The position numbers and the translations under genes are program-made. The notes below the pieces were generated by a model, which saw only the letters and a program-made list of their open reading frames with translations, had not been told where the DNA came from and ran no database searches. Shown here in pieces: positions 18,958 through 28,679 of a stretch of DNA of 64,000 nt (its first letter is position 1; every line of letters starts with the position of its first letter). Origin of the DNA: an uncultured bacterium (GTDB taxonomy: Bacteria > Krumholzibacteriota > Krumholzibacteriia > LZORAL124-64-63); assembly GCA_963727525.1 (NCBI GenBank), contig CAVSGO010000006.1:256001-320000 (forward strand), written 5' to 3'.

Positions 18958-19791
18958 GTGACGGATCTCTACAAGACGATCGAGGCCTTGCGCCGGGACG
19001 GGCAGGCCGCCGTCCTGGTGACTGTGGTGGCGAGCCAGGGCCACGTACCCACCGATGTGGCCAGCAAGATGCTCGTGGACGCGTCGGGACGACGGGTCGG
19101 AACCGTGGGCGGCGGGGCCATCGAGCAACGGGCCCTGTTCGACGCGCAGGACGTGCTGCGGCAGCGGCAGCCCCGCCTGCAGGAGTACGTGCTTGACGAC
19201 GCCGAGGCCGTGCACGGCGCGCAGACCGTGCCGATGATCTGCGGCGGCCGCATGACGCTCTTCTTCGACTTCCTCGGGGCGGCCATGCATGCTTATCTCG
19301 TCGGTGCCGGGCACTGCAACCGGGCGCTGGCGCAATACCTCCTGCCGCTCGACTTCGCCGTGACCTTCGTCGACAGCCGTCCCGACCAGCTCGCCGGTCT
19401 CGCCGCGCCCACGTTGCAGGCGGGGGACGACTACGCCACGCTGCCTCTTCTTTCGCAGATCGCGACGAGTCACGTCGTCATCGCTACCCACTCGCACGTG
19501 TGCGACGAGCGTGTGCTCGAGCAGATCCTCGCCGGCGGGGTACGGCCCCCGTACCTGGGTGTGGTCGCCTCGCGGCGCAAGCGTGACGCGATGTTCGCCG
19601 GATTGCGCGAGCGTCTCGGCGCCGATCTGGATCTCGACTGGATCTCCATGCCAGTCGGTCTGCACCTGGGGGGTAATGCGCCGGCGGCCGTGGCCCTGTC
19701 CATCGCCGCCGAGATGCAGGCCTGCCGCCACGGCATCACCGGCCACCGGCACCTGCGCGACCGCGGCGGCGCCGGGCGGGCGACGTCGTGA
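18958..19791 (+). CDS. xdhC: Xanthine dehydrogenase accessory protein XdhC/CoxI
   Basis: GTVGGGAIE, MICGG, VGAGH, THSH-x-x-D, YLGVVASRRK, PVGLHLGG...VALSIAAE. Confidence 0.92.
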   Translation: MTDLYKTIEALRRDGQAAVLVTVVASQGHVPTDVASKMLVDASGRRVGTVGGGAIEQRALFDAQDVLRQRQPRLQEYVLDDAEAVHGAQTVPMICGGRMTLFFDFLGAAMHAYLVGAGHCNRALAQYLLPLDFAVTFVDSRPDQLAGLAAPTLQAGDDYATLPLLSQIATSHVVIATHSHVCDERVLEQILAGGVRPPYLGVVASRRKRDAMFAGLRERLGADLDLDWISMPVGLHLGGNAPAAVALSIAAEMQACRHGITGHRHLRDRGGAGRATS

Positions 19792-21206
19792 GCGCTTCCA
19801 GCGTGCTGCTCAACGACAGACTCTGCCCGTTGAGCGGCGCCCCGGCCCGCACCGTCCTCGACTGGCTGCGCCTGGAACAGGGAATCCGCGGCACCAAGGA
19901 GGCGTGCGGCGAGGGCGAGTGCGGAGCTTGCACCGTGCTGCTCGGTGATGGCGCGTCCTATCGCACGGTGGCCTCTTGCCTGTTGCCCGTGGGCGAGCTG
20001 GCGGGGCGGCATCTCGTGACGATCGAGGGTCTCGATCCCGCGGCGGGCCTCAGTCCCATCCAGCAAGCGCTGGTGGATGAGGGCGCGCCGCAGTGCGGGT
20101 TCTGCTTTCCGGGTATCGTCGTGGCGCTCACCGGGTTCTTTCTCACCAGCCGCGATCTGAGCGAACGCGACGCCATCGACGCCATCGACGGCAACATCTG
20201 CCGCTGCACCGGCTACACCTCGATCCGGCGCGCGGTGACGGGGTTGTGCCAGGCCTTCGCGCCGCGCCTCGATCCCGCAGCCGACCGCGTGGCCCAGCTC
20301 GTGGCCTGGGGCATCGTGCCGCCGTATTTCGCCCAGGCAGGCGCGATACTGGGCGCCATCGTCACGGACACGACGGCGGCCCCTGGAGATGCGTGCCCCG
20401 AGGACGCCCTTTTCGTGAGTGGTGGCACCGACCTGCTCGTGCAGCAGCCGCCGGCGTTGCGGACGCGCGAGCTGAGCTTCCTGTCGCGCCGCCCGTCGCT
20501 GCGGCGCGTCGCGCGGGACGGCGACCACCTCGTGATCGGTGGTGGCGTGACGGTGGAGGACCTGCGGCACCTGCCCGAGCTGCGAGCGCTGGTGCCGGAT
20601 ATCGACATGGTCGTCACGCTCTTCGCGTCCACCATCATCCGCAACCGGGCGACGGTAGCCGGCAACCTGGTGAACGCGTCGCCCATCGGCGATGTGACGG
20701 TGTTGCTGCTCGCGCTCGGCTCGGTGCTGCAGCTCACCGCGGGCACGCAGACACGGCTGCTGCCGCTGAGCGCCTTCTACCGCGGCTACAAGACGCTCGA
20801 CCTCGGGCCCGGCGAGATCGTGACGAGCGTCCACCTTCCGCTGAGCGTGGCCGATGCGTGTGTGCACTTCGAGAAGGTGTCGCAGCGACGCCACCTGGAC
20901 ATCGCGGCGGTGAACAGCGCCCTGTGCGCGCGTTGCGTGGATGGCGTGCTGTACGACGTCCGCCTCGCCGTGGGTGGCGTGGCGCCGGTGCCGCTGCTCG
21001 CGAATGCGACGATGGCCTATCTCGAGAGGCGCGCGGTCACGGCCGCCGGAGCCCGTGACGCGGCGGACGTCCTGGTCGGCGAGATCGCGCCGATCAGCGA
21101 CGTGCGCGGCAGCGCCGACTACAAGCGTGCACTGGCATGCCGCCTGCTGTACGCGCACCTGCTCGCGGTGGCGCCCGACCGCCTGCGCGTGGAGGAACTG
21201 GTATGA
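19788..21206 (+). CDS. xdhA: Xanthine dehydrogenase small subunit (2x[2Fe-2S] + FAD)
   Basis: GTKEACGEGECGAC, QCGFC...CRCTGY, GGTDL, RNRATVAGNLVNASPIGD, PISDVRGSADY. Confidence 0.93.
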   Translation: MSASSVLLNDRLCPLSGAPARTVLDWLRLEQGIRGTKEACGEGECGACTVLLGDGASYRTVASCLLPVGELAGRHLVTIEGLDPAAGLSPIQQALVDEGAPQCGFCFPGIVVALTGFFLTSRDLSERDAIDAIDGNICRCTGYTSIRRAVTGLCQAFAPRLDPAADRVAQLVAWGIVPPYFAQAGAILGAIVTDTTAAPGDACPEDALFVSGGTDLLVQQPPALRTRELSFLSRRPSLRRVARDGDHLVIGGGVTVEDLRHLPELRALVPDIDMVVTLFASTIIRNRATVAGNLVNASPIGDVTVLLLALGSVLQLTAGTQTRLLPLSAFYRGYKTLDLGPGEIVTSVHLPLSVADACVHFEKVSQRRHLDIAAVNSALCARCVDGVLYDVRLAVGGVAPVPLLANATMAYLERRAVTAAGARDAADVLVGEIAPISDVRGSADYKRALACRLLYAHLLAVAPDRLRVEELV

Positions 21207-23476
21207 CGAGCGACCTGCACCGGCACGTGCGAGGGGAATCGATCTACATCGACGACCTCGTGCTCCCGGCGGGGACGCTCCATGCGGCCGTGGTCTCCTC
21301 ACCGGTGGCTCACGGCACGTTGCAGGGGATCGACGCCGCGGCCGCGCAGCGCCGTGACGGTGTGGTGCGGGTGCTCACGGCGTCGGACATCCCGGGCGAG
21401 AATCAGATCGGCACCATCTTGTCCGATGAGCCGCTGCTGGCGGCGGATACCGTGCACTTCGTGGGCGAGCCGGTGGCCGTGGTGCTGGCCGAGACGGCCG
21501 TGGCCGCGCGCCAGGCCGCGCGCGAGGTGACGCTCGCGATCGCGCCCCTGCCGCCGGTGCTCGACGCGCGCGAGGCGGCAGCCCGCGGCCAACTCCTGCA
21601 ACCGGCCCGCACCTTCGCAATCGGCGACGTGGATGCGGCCTGGGGCCGGTGCGCGCACATCGTGAAGGGGTGCGTCGCGTCGGGCGGACAGGAACACTTC
21701 TACCTCGAAACGCAGGGCGCCCTCGCCGAGCCGAGGGAGCGCGGCCAGGTGCGTATCGTCTCGGCCACGCAGGCGCCCACCGCGGTGCAACGCCAGGCCG
21801 CGCGTGTACTGGGGCTGCCGATGCACGCGATCGAGGTGGACGTGCGGCGACTGGGCGGCGCCTTCGGCGGCAAGGAAGATCAGGCCACGCCCTGGGCCGT
21901 GATCTGCGCACTGGGCGTCGTACTCACGGGGCGGCCGGTGCGCCTCGTGCTCGATCGCCGCGAGGATCTCTTGCTGACAGGCAAGCGGCATCCGTACTCG
22001 TCGGATTACTGCCTCGGCATCGACGCGGACGGCCGGATTCTCGCGTACGAGGTGACGTTCTACCAGAACGCCGGCGCCACGGCCGACCTGTCCACCAGCG
22101 TGCTCGAGCGCTCACTCTTCCACGCCACTGGCAGCTACCACGTGCCGAATGTGAGGGCCACCGGACTCAGTTGCCGCACGAATCTGCCGCCGTTCACGGC
22201 GTTTCGCGGCTTCGGTGGTCCGCAGGCGATGATCGTGATGGAGGCCGCGATCGAGGCGGCGGCGCGCGCCGCCGGCCTGTCGGTGTCCGCGGTGCAACGA
22301 TGCAACCTGGTGGCCGACGGCGACACTCTACCCTATGGCATGACCATGGAGCGATGCCACGCCGCGCGGTGCTGGGACGACGCCGCGCATCGCCACAACC
22401 TGCCGGCCATCATCGCGCGCTGCGAGGCGCACAACCGGGCGCATGCCGCCACGAAGAAGGGCGTGGCCGTGATGCCCGTCTGCTTCGGCATCTCCTTCAC
22501 GAACATCGGACTGAATCAAGCCGGCGCCCTCGTACACGTGTACCAGGACGGTAGCGTCGGGGTGAGCACCGGTGCGGTGGAGATGGGACAGGGCGTCAAT
22601 CTGAAGATCCAGACGATCGTGGCGACGACCCTCGGAGTGGACAGTGCGCGGGTCTCGCTGGAGAGTACGAACACCAGCCGCGTGGCCAACACCTCGCCGA
22701 CGGCTGCGAGTTCCGGCGCGGATCTGAATGGCGAGGCGGCGCATCTGGCCTGCTTGCAGATCCTGGCGCGGCTGCGCGACGTGGCGGCGCGCGAGCTGCC
22801 GGATGCGGGGCCGTCGCGCTGCACGATCGTCGGCGAGCGGGTGCACCTGGACGACGTGCCCACCACTCTCGATTGGACCACGCTGGTGCAGAAAGCCTAC
22901 TGGTCGCGCACCGACCTGTCGGCCCATGCGCACCATGCCACGCCCGATCTGCACTTCGACCGCACCACCGAGACGGGACGCCCGTTCGCGTACCATGTCC
23001 ACGGCACGGCCATCACCGAGGTCACGCTAGACGTCCTGCGCGGCACGGCCGTCGTCGATGCGGTGAAGATCGTTCACGATGGCGGCCGCAGCCTCGACGT
23101 GGCCACCGACCGCGGGCAGGTCGAGGGCGGGCTCGTCCAGGGCCTCGGCTGGCTGCTCCTAGAGGAGGTGGAATACGACGCGCAGGGCCGCCTGCGTCAT
23201 GACACGTCGAGCAAGCTCAAGATCCCCGACCTCCACTTCGCGCCGGCGACGATCGACGTCACCTTCCTCGCCGACGCCGACAACCCGCACGCCGTGATGC
23301 AATCCAAGGCCGTGGGCGAACCCCCGCTCATGTACGGGATCGGTGGCCTCTTCGCCCTGCGCGCGGCGATCCGGGCGGCGCGCCCCGACCTCGAACCGCC
23401 CGTGGAGACGCCGCTCACGCCCGAGCGCACGCTGCTGCTGCTGGCGTCGCGGCCGGCGGTGCAGGCGCCGGCGTGA
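21203..23476 (+). CDS. xdhB: Xanthine dehydrogenase molybdopterin-binding subunit
   Basis: HVRGESIYIDD, QEHFYLETQ, RLGGAFGGKE, TGKRHPY, AFRGFGGPQ, SPTAASSGADLNG, SKAVGEPPLM; ATGA overlap. Confidence 0.95.
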   Translation: MTSDLHRHVRGESIYIDDLVLPAGTLHAAVVSSPVAHGTLQGIDAAAAQRRDGVVRVLTASDIPGENQIGTILSDEPLLAADTVHFVGEPVAVVLAETAVAARQAAREVTLAIAPLPPVLDAREAAARGQLLQPARTFAIGDVDAAWGRCAHIVKGCVASGGQEHFYLETQGALAEPRERGQVRIVSATQAPTAVQRQAARVLGLPMHAIEVDVRRLGGAFGGKEDQATPWAVICALGVVLTGRPVRLVLDRREDLLLTGKRHPYSSDYCLGIDADGRILAYEVTFYQNAGATADLSTSVLERSLFHATGSYHVPNVRATGLSCRTNLPPFTAFRGFGGPQAMIVMEAAIEAAARAAGLSVSAVQRCNLVADGDTLPYGMTMERCHAARCWDDAAHRHNLPAIIARCEAHNRAHAATKKGVAVMPVCFGISFTNIGLNQAGALVHVYQDGSVGVSTGAVEMGQGVNLKIQTIVATTLGVDSARVSLESTNTSRVANTSPTAASSGADLNGEAAHLACLQILARLRDVAARELPDAGPSRCTIVGERVHLDDVPTTLDWTTLVQKAYWSRTDLSAHAHHATPDLHFDRTTETGRPFAYHVHGTAITEVTLDVLRGTAVVDAVKIVHDGGRSLDVATDRGQVEGGLVQGLGWLLLEEVEYDAQGRLRHDTSSKLKIPDLHFAPATIDVTFLADADNPHAVMQSKAVGEPPLMYGIGGLFALRAAIRAARPDLEPPVETPLTPERTLLLLASRPAVQAPA

Positions 23477-23615
23477 GGGCAGCCAGCACCCTTGTGTTCC
23501 GCAACGCACGCGCATCGGCGGGGTGGCATCGTGCCAGACAGCCACGTGTCCGGCTGCCCGGTGGCGGCGCGTCGCTTCCCGTTGCTTGCGCACGGAACCT
23601 GCAATGGTCGCGCCC

Positions 23616-24761
23616 ATGGCGAACGACGACCGCATCTACGTCATCGAACCGGACGACACCGATCCGGGACTGATCCAGCAGGTCGTGCCGCTGGGCGACG
23701 CGATCCGACCGCCGGCGCCGCCACCGGCTCCGCGCGCACCGCGTGCGCCCCATGCCGCCACCGCGACGGCTTCACGCGGGCAACCCCCGGCCCACCCGCT
23801 GCGCCTGCTCGTGGGCGCCTACGCCCTCGGCCCTCTCGCGCCGCTGGCCGTCGGCCATCCTGGCCGTGGGCGCCGCGGTCTGGTCGTGTCCGCCTGGGTC
23901 ATCATGGGGCTCGCGACCGGCGTGTTCGCGGTCGCGCCGCGCGCACTCGGCGCCGACGACCGCGCGGCGGTCGTGCAGGCGGCGGCAGCGGCCGTTGCCC
24001 TGGTGGTGGGGCTAACGGCGTGGACCGTGGGGCTCACCCTGGCTGACCGCCGGTGCCGCGCAGGCTCGTGGTCTCGACCGGCCGGCCACCGGCCCGCGGT
24101 TGCCGCGCTGCTCGGACTCCTCGCCCCGGGCCTGGGCTTCTACCTGGGGGGCCGCACCGCGCGCGCGATCGCCACGCTCGTCGCCGTCGTGCCCGGGCTC
24201 GCCGCGGGGGCGTTGCTCCAGCGCGCGCCGCGCTGGTGGAGCTGGCGCGCAGGAGATGCGTACCGGCTGATCAGCGATCGCCAACTGGAGGCAGGTTTGC
24301 TCGGCCTGGTGGTGCTGGCCGCACTCGGTGTCCTGGTCTGGCTCGTCTCCGCCATCGAGGCTGCCCGACTCGCCGCGGGATCCGGCGCGTTGCGCCGCAC
24401 GGAGGCGGCCAACCGCGCCCCCGCGGCGCTCCTGCTGGCTCTCGTGGCGATGGCCGTCTTCTTTCGACCGGCGAACCTGGCGGGAGAGCTGGACCGGCTG
24501 ACAGGCCGGCTGGAGGACGCGGAGCTGCGTCTCGCTCCGCTCATGACGGCCGAAGCTGCGGTATGCCTGGCGCCCGGCGAACCGGTCTACCAGTGCCGGC
24601 TGGCGGAGGTCCAGGCCGACCTCGGCCACCATGCCGCCGCCGCGCGTATCCGGAGCCGTCTCGTCGCGCGCTGGGCTGCGGTGGCCGCGCTGGCGAAGGC
24701 GCCGGGGAGCGCCGGCCGCGCACCAACCGGGGTCCGGAACCTCGGCTGCCACTTGCCATGA
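23616..24761 (+). CDS. Hypothetical multi-TM protein with C-terminal TPR-like helix pair
   Basis: Several hydrophobic segments, LLGLLAPGLG motif, C-terminal A-x-x-L-x-P...Y-x-x-x-LA; start uncertain. Confidence 0.6.
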   Translation: MANDDRIYVIEPDDTDPGLIQQVVPLGDAIRPPAPPPAPRAPRAPHAATATASRGQPPAHPLRLLVGAYALGPLAPLAVGHPGRGRRGLVVSAWVIMGLATGVFAVAPRALGADDRAAVVQAAAAAVALVVGLTAWTVGLTLADRRCRAGSWSRPAGHRPAVAALLGLLAPGLGFYLGGRTARAIATLVAVVPGLAAGALLQRAPRWWSWRAGDAYRLISDRQLEAGLLGLVVLAALGVLVWLVSAIEAARLAAGSGALRRTEAANRAPAALLLALVAMAVFFRPANLAGELDRLTGRLEDAELRLAPLMTAEAAVCLAPGEPVYQCRLAEVQADLGHHAAAARIRSRLVARWAAVAALAKAPGSAGRAPTGVRNLGCHLP

Positions 24762-24873
24762 GATCGAACGAAGCCACCACTGCAAAAATCCGTCTTTCAA
24801 CTGATCACCCTCGATCGTTCCTGGAGTGATGATTCGTCGCGAGGTGTCGGGGGATGCCAAGTGGACGAACTGG

Positions 24874-24906
24874 GCGGGCCGACCGAGGGGGCGGCCCGCT
24901 TCTTCA
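24874..24906 (+). terminator. Possible intrinsic terminator
   Basis: GCGGGCCG / CGGCCCGC stem followed by TTCTTC. Confidence 0.4.
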
Positions 24907-25093
24907 TGTCCGGCTGTCGGCTCGCGCGGTGCGGAGCCAGACTCGCAACCGTGCCTTGACTCCCGCCGTGCGGCTCCTATGCTTCCGCCGCTCTGGCCGC
25001 AGCCCGCGGCCGGCACGCAGCCCGCGGCAGACGGGTGGCGTCGGCGTGAAAGGGCGGCGGCGCATGGCGAAGGTATGGGGTGGGCCGGGCGAG

Positions 25094-26752
25094 ATGCTCG
25101 AGCCCAAGCTGGTGACGGTGCTGCGCGAGGGGTACTCGCGCGGGCAGCTTGGTCGGGATGTGTTGGCGGGGGTCATCGTGGGCGTGGTGGCGCTGCCGCT
25201 GGCCATCGCCTTCGGTATCGCCTCGGGCGTGACGCCCCAGCAGGGCCTCGTCACCGCCATCATCGCCGGTTTCCTCATCTCCGCCCTCGGCGGCAGCCGC
25301 GTGCAGATCGGCGGGCCCACCGGCGCGTTCATCGTCATCGTGTACGGCGTGGTGCAGCGCCATGGCGTGGACGGCCTTGCGCTGGCCACGATCATGGCCG
25401 GCGTACTCCTGATGATCATGGGCTTCGCGCGGCTGGGGTCGGTGATCAAGTTCGTGCCGTTTCCCGTGACGCTGGGCTTCACCTCCGGCATCGCCATCAT
25501 CATCGCCGTGTCGCAACTGCGCGACGTGCTTGGGCTCACCATCACCGATCTGCCGGCCGCACTGCCGGAGAAGGTGATGGTGCTGTCGCGGCATCTCGAC
25601 AGCGTGAATCCCGCGGCGCTGGGCCTCGGTACGTTCACCGTGGTCGTCGTGGCCGTGTGGTCGCGTGTCTCGCGGCGGGTGCCGGGGTCGCTTGTGGCGA
25701 TCGTGATCGCGACGGTCTTCGTGCACCTGGCGCACCTGGACGTGGAGACCATCGGCTCGCGCTTCGGCGCCTTCTCGGCGGCGCTGCCGTCACCGCGCAT
25801 CCCGGTGGTGACCTGGGAGACGTTGCGCGCGCTGTCGTCGCCGGCGCTGAGTATCGCGCTGCTGGCGGCGATCGAATCGCTGCTGTCAGCCGTGGTCGCC
25901 GACGGCATGCTGGGCACGCAGCACCGCTCGAACACCGAACTGGTGGCCCTGGGGCTGGCGAACCTGGTGGCCCCGCTCTTCGGCGGTATCCCGGCCACGG
26001 GGGCCATCGCGCGCACGGCCACCAACGTGAAGAACGGCGGGCGCTCGCCCATCGCCGGCATGGTGCACGCCGTCACGCTGCTGATCATCGTCCTGTTCTT
26101 CGGCCGCTGGGCGGCGCTCATCCCCATCGCAGCGCTGGGCGGCATCCTGCTGTACGTCGCCTGGTCGATGAGCGAGTGGCGCGCCTTCATGGGTATGTTC
26201 CGCGCGCCCCGCGGCGACCTGATCGTGATGCTCGCCACGTTCCTGCTGACCATCTTCATCGACCTGACCGTGGCGATCCAGGTGGGCGTGGTGCTGGCGG
26301 CCTTCCTGTTCATGCGCCGCATGGCGGCCGTGGCCGAGATCGGCTACGTGACGTCGGCGTTGCGCGAGAGCAGCGACGCCGATCCCATGGCCATCGCCGC
26401 CCGCGTGGTGCCCGAGGGCGTGGAGGTCTTCGAGATCTACGGCGCCTTCTTCTTCGGCGCGGCGAGCAAGTTCCGCGCGGCGCTGCGGCGGGTGGAGAAG
26501 GCCCCCCGGGTGTTCATTCTGCGCCTGCGCGAGGTCCCCACGATCGACGCTACCGGTCTGCAGGCCCTCGAGGAATTGCGGCGGCGCAACGCCGCGTCGG
26601 GGACCGTGATGCTCCTCTCGGGTGTGGGGCCACAGCTTCGCGCGACGTTGCAGCGCGCGGGTTTCGTGGCGCTCGTGGGCGAGGACAACATCCTGCCGGA
26701 GATCGATGCGGCGCTGGCGCGCGCCCGGGTCCTGCTCGCGGATGCACCCTGA
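25094..26752 (+). CDS. SulP-family anion permease with STAS domain
   Basis: DVLAGVIVGVVALPLAIAFGIASG, GGSRVQIGGPTGAF, IESLLSAVVADGM, TGAIARTATN, STAS domain (IDATG). Confidence 0.95.
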   Translation: MLEPKLVTVLREGYSRGQLGRDVLAGVIVGVVALPLAIAFGIASGVTPQQGLVTAIIAGFLISALGGSRVQIGGPTGAFIVIVYGVVQRHGVDGLALATIMAGVLLMIMGFARLGSVIKFVPFPVTLGFTSGIAIIIAVSQLRDVLGLTITDLPAALPEKVMVLSRHLDSVNPAALGLGTFTVVVVAVWSRVSRRVPGSLVAIVIATVFVHLAHLDVETIGSRFGAFSAALPSPRIPVVTWETLRALSSPALSIALLAAIESLLSAVVADGMLGTQHRSNTELVALGLANLVAPLFGGIPATGAIARTATNVKNGGRSPIAGMVHAVTLLIIVLFFGRWAALIPIAALGGILLYVAWSMSEWRAFMGMFRAPRGDLIVMLATFLLTIFIDLTVAIQVGVVLAAFLFMRRMAAVAEIGYVTSALRESSDADPMAIAARVVPEGVEVFEIYGAFFFGAASKFRAALRRVEKAPRVFILRLREVPTIDATGLQALEELRRRNAASGTVMLLSGVGPQLRATLQRAGFVALVGEDNILPEIDAALARARVLLADAP

Positions 26753-26840
26753 GGCCGCGGCTTTCCCCGTGTTCGCTCCAGGCGTCCGTGCTACGATCGT
26801 ACCGATCGCTTGCCGAGATGCCGGACGAGAGGGACTCCCG

Positions 26841-28679
26841 TTGGTCGACCGCGAGACGACACCCCGGGCTGCACTGCCGATCGCGCTCGCCGGCGCGGCG
26901 GCCTGCGCCGTGCCCCTTGCCGTCTACCTGCTCACGCTGGCGCGCGACGTCACCTTCGTCGACAGCGGCGAGCTGGCCACGGCCGCGATCACGCTGGGTA
27001 TCGCGCATCCGCCGGGCTATCCGCTCTTCACGCTGCTGGGGCACATTCTTTCGTGGCTACCCGTCGGTCTGCCCGTGGCGCGTGTGGCTGTGCTGAGCGC
27101 CCTCGCCACCGCCGCCGCGAGCTGGTTCGTGTGGCGCACGGCGCGCGCGCTCGTCGATCCCGAGGGCCGCAGCGGCGTGGTGGCGTGGGCGGCGCTCGCG
27201 GGCGCCCTGCTCTTCGCGTTCGCGCGTACGGTGTGGTCGCAGGCCGTGATCGTGGAGGTGTACGCGCTGCAGGCCGCGCTCACGGCCGCGTGCCTGGCGG
27301 CGATGCTGGCGGCTGTGGGTGCGACTGGCTGGCCTCGCAGCGGATTGCGCGGGGCCGGCCTCCTGTTCGGGCTATGCCTGGCGAATCACCTCACCGGCGC
27401 GCTTCTGCTCCCGTCGTTGCTCGTGGCGGTGGCGTGTGTGATCCGCGATCGACGCCGCGCCGGCCAGGCCGTGGCGGGTCCGGTGCTGCGGGCGCTGGCC
27501 TGGACGCCGCTGCCACTGCTGCTCTACGCCCTGCTGCCACTGCGGTCGCGGATGGACCCGCTCGTGAACTGGGACTACCCCGACACCTTGCCGCGGCTGC
27601 TGATCCACGTCTCGGCGCGGCAGTACCAGGGCAATCTGGGGCGCGAGGGGCTCAGGCTGGGCGAACTGCAGCGTTTCGCGTTGAATCAGCTCCCGACCGA
27701 GGCCACGCTCGTGTTGCCGCTGCTGGCGATTGTCGGCCTCGTGCTATTGCTACGGCGACGGCCACGGGCCGTGGCCGTGACCGCGCCGCTCCTGGTTGCG
27801 CAGATCCTCTACAACATGGCGTATCCCATCCACGACATCGCCGTGTACTACATCCCCGTGGTCCTCGTGCTCGGTCTCTGGGCCGGCGTGGGGGCGGCCG
27901 GGCTCGCGCGCTGGGCCGCATCGCGTGCCGCCTGGCCCCGGCAGGTGGCGGGGGTGACGGCGGCGGCGGTGCTGGCGGCGCTGGGCGTTCTGCCGATCGC
28001 GCGCAACTTCGCCGCCAGCGACATGCACCACTTCCACCTGGCGCGTTACTACGTGCACGACGCGCTCGCCTATGCGGATCCCGGCGCGGTGATCGTGAGC
28101 GGGCAGTGGGATCGCTTCACGGCACCTGCACTCTATCTGCGCACCGTCGAGAACCTGCGGCCGGACGTGGTGATCCTCGACGTGGGGCGACTGGGCAGTC
28201 CCATGCTGGCGCGTGACCTCGCGCACACGTTTCCGGAGCTGGCCACGGCGTGTGCGCCCGAGCTGGCGGCGATGCGGGAGATTGCATTCAAGGCCGAGCG
28301 CGGCGAGGCCTACGACGTGGCGCGCAGTCGCCAGCTCTACCAGGCTCTCCAGTACGCCCTCGTGCACGAGTCGCAGAAGCAGCGACCCACCTACGCCCTG
28401 GGCGGCGTGTTCCGACATCCCATGTTCGCGGGCCTGCGCCAACACCCCGAGGGGTTGCTCGTGCGCATGACGTCGGATGCGGACTATCGCCCGTTCGCGG
28501 TGCCCGCGTTCGAGGGGCCGGGAGTGGCGCCCGCTGGGCTGCGCACGCACCTGGAGCGCGACACCTACGCCGAGTACCTGCGACTCCTCGACGGGCGCAT
28601 CAAGTACCTGCAGGCCCATGGGCAGACGGAGCAGGTGCCCGCGTTGCAGGCGCTGGTGGCGAATCTCGGGGGCAGCTAG
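26841..28679 (+). CDS. DUF2723/TMEM260-like GT-C membrane glycosyltransferase
   Basis: DSGELA...GIAHPPGYPLF, WSQAVIVEVY, ANH, Y-x-x-LPLRS...NW; TTG start with GAGGGA RBS. Confidence 0.85.
   Translation: MVDRETTPRAALPIALAGAAACAVPLAVYLLTLARDVTFVDSGELATAAITLGIAHPPGYPLFTLLGHILSWLPVGLPVARVAVLSALATAAASWFVWRTARALVDPEGRSGVVAWAALAGALLFAFARTVWSQAVIVEVYALQAALTAACLAAMLAAVGATGWPRSGLRGAGLLFGLCLANHLTGALLLPSLLVAVACVIRDRRRAGQAVAGPVLRALAWTPLPLLLYALLPLRSRMDPLVNWDYPDTLPRLLIHVSARQYQGNLGREGLRLGELQRFALNQLPTEATLVLPLLAIVGLVLLLRRRPRAVAVTAPLLVAQILYNMAYPIHDIAVYYIPVVLVLGLWAGVGAAGLARWAASRAAWPRQVAGVTAAAVLAALGVLPIARNFAASDMHHFHLARYYVHDALAYADPGAVIVSGQWDRFTAPALYLRTVENLRPDVVILDVGRLGSPMLARDLAHTFPELATACAPELAAMREIAFKAERGEAYDVARSRQLYQALQYALVHESQKQRPTYALGGVFRHPMFAGLRQHPEGLLVRMTSDADYRPFAVPAFEGPGVAPAGLRTHLERDTYAEYLRLLDGRIKYLQAHGQTEQVPALQALVANLGGS

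Noticed and set aside
24758-24870. 23-codon ORF or structured RNA upstream of the SulP gene
   Set aside because: No RBS and no recognisable riboswitch consensus; a covariance-model search would be needed
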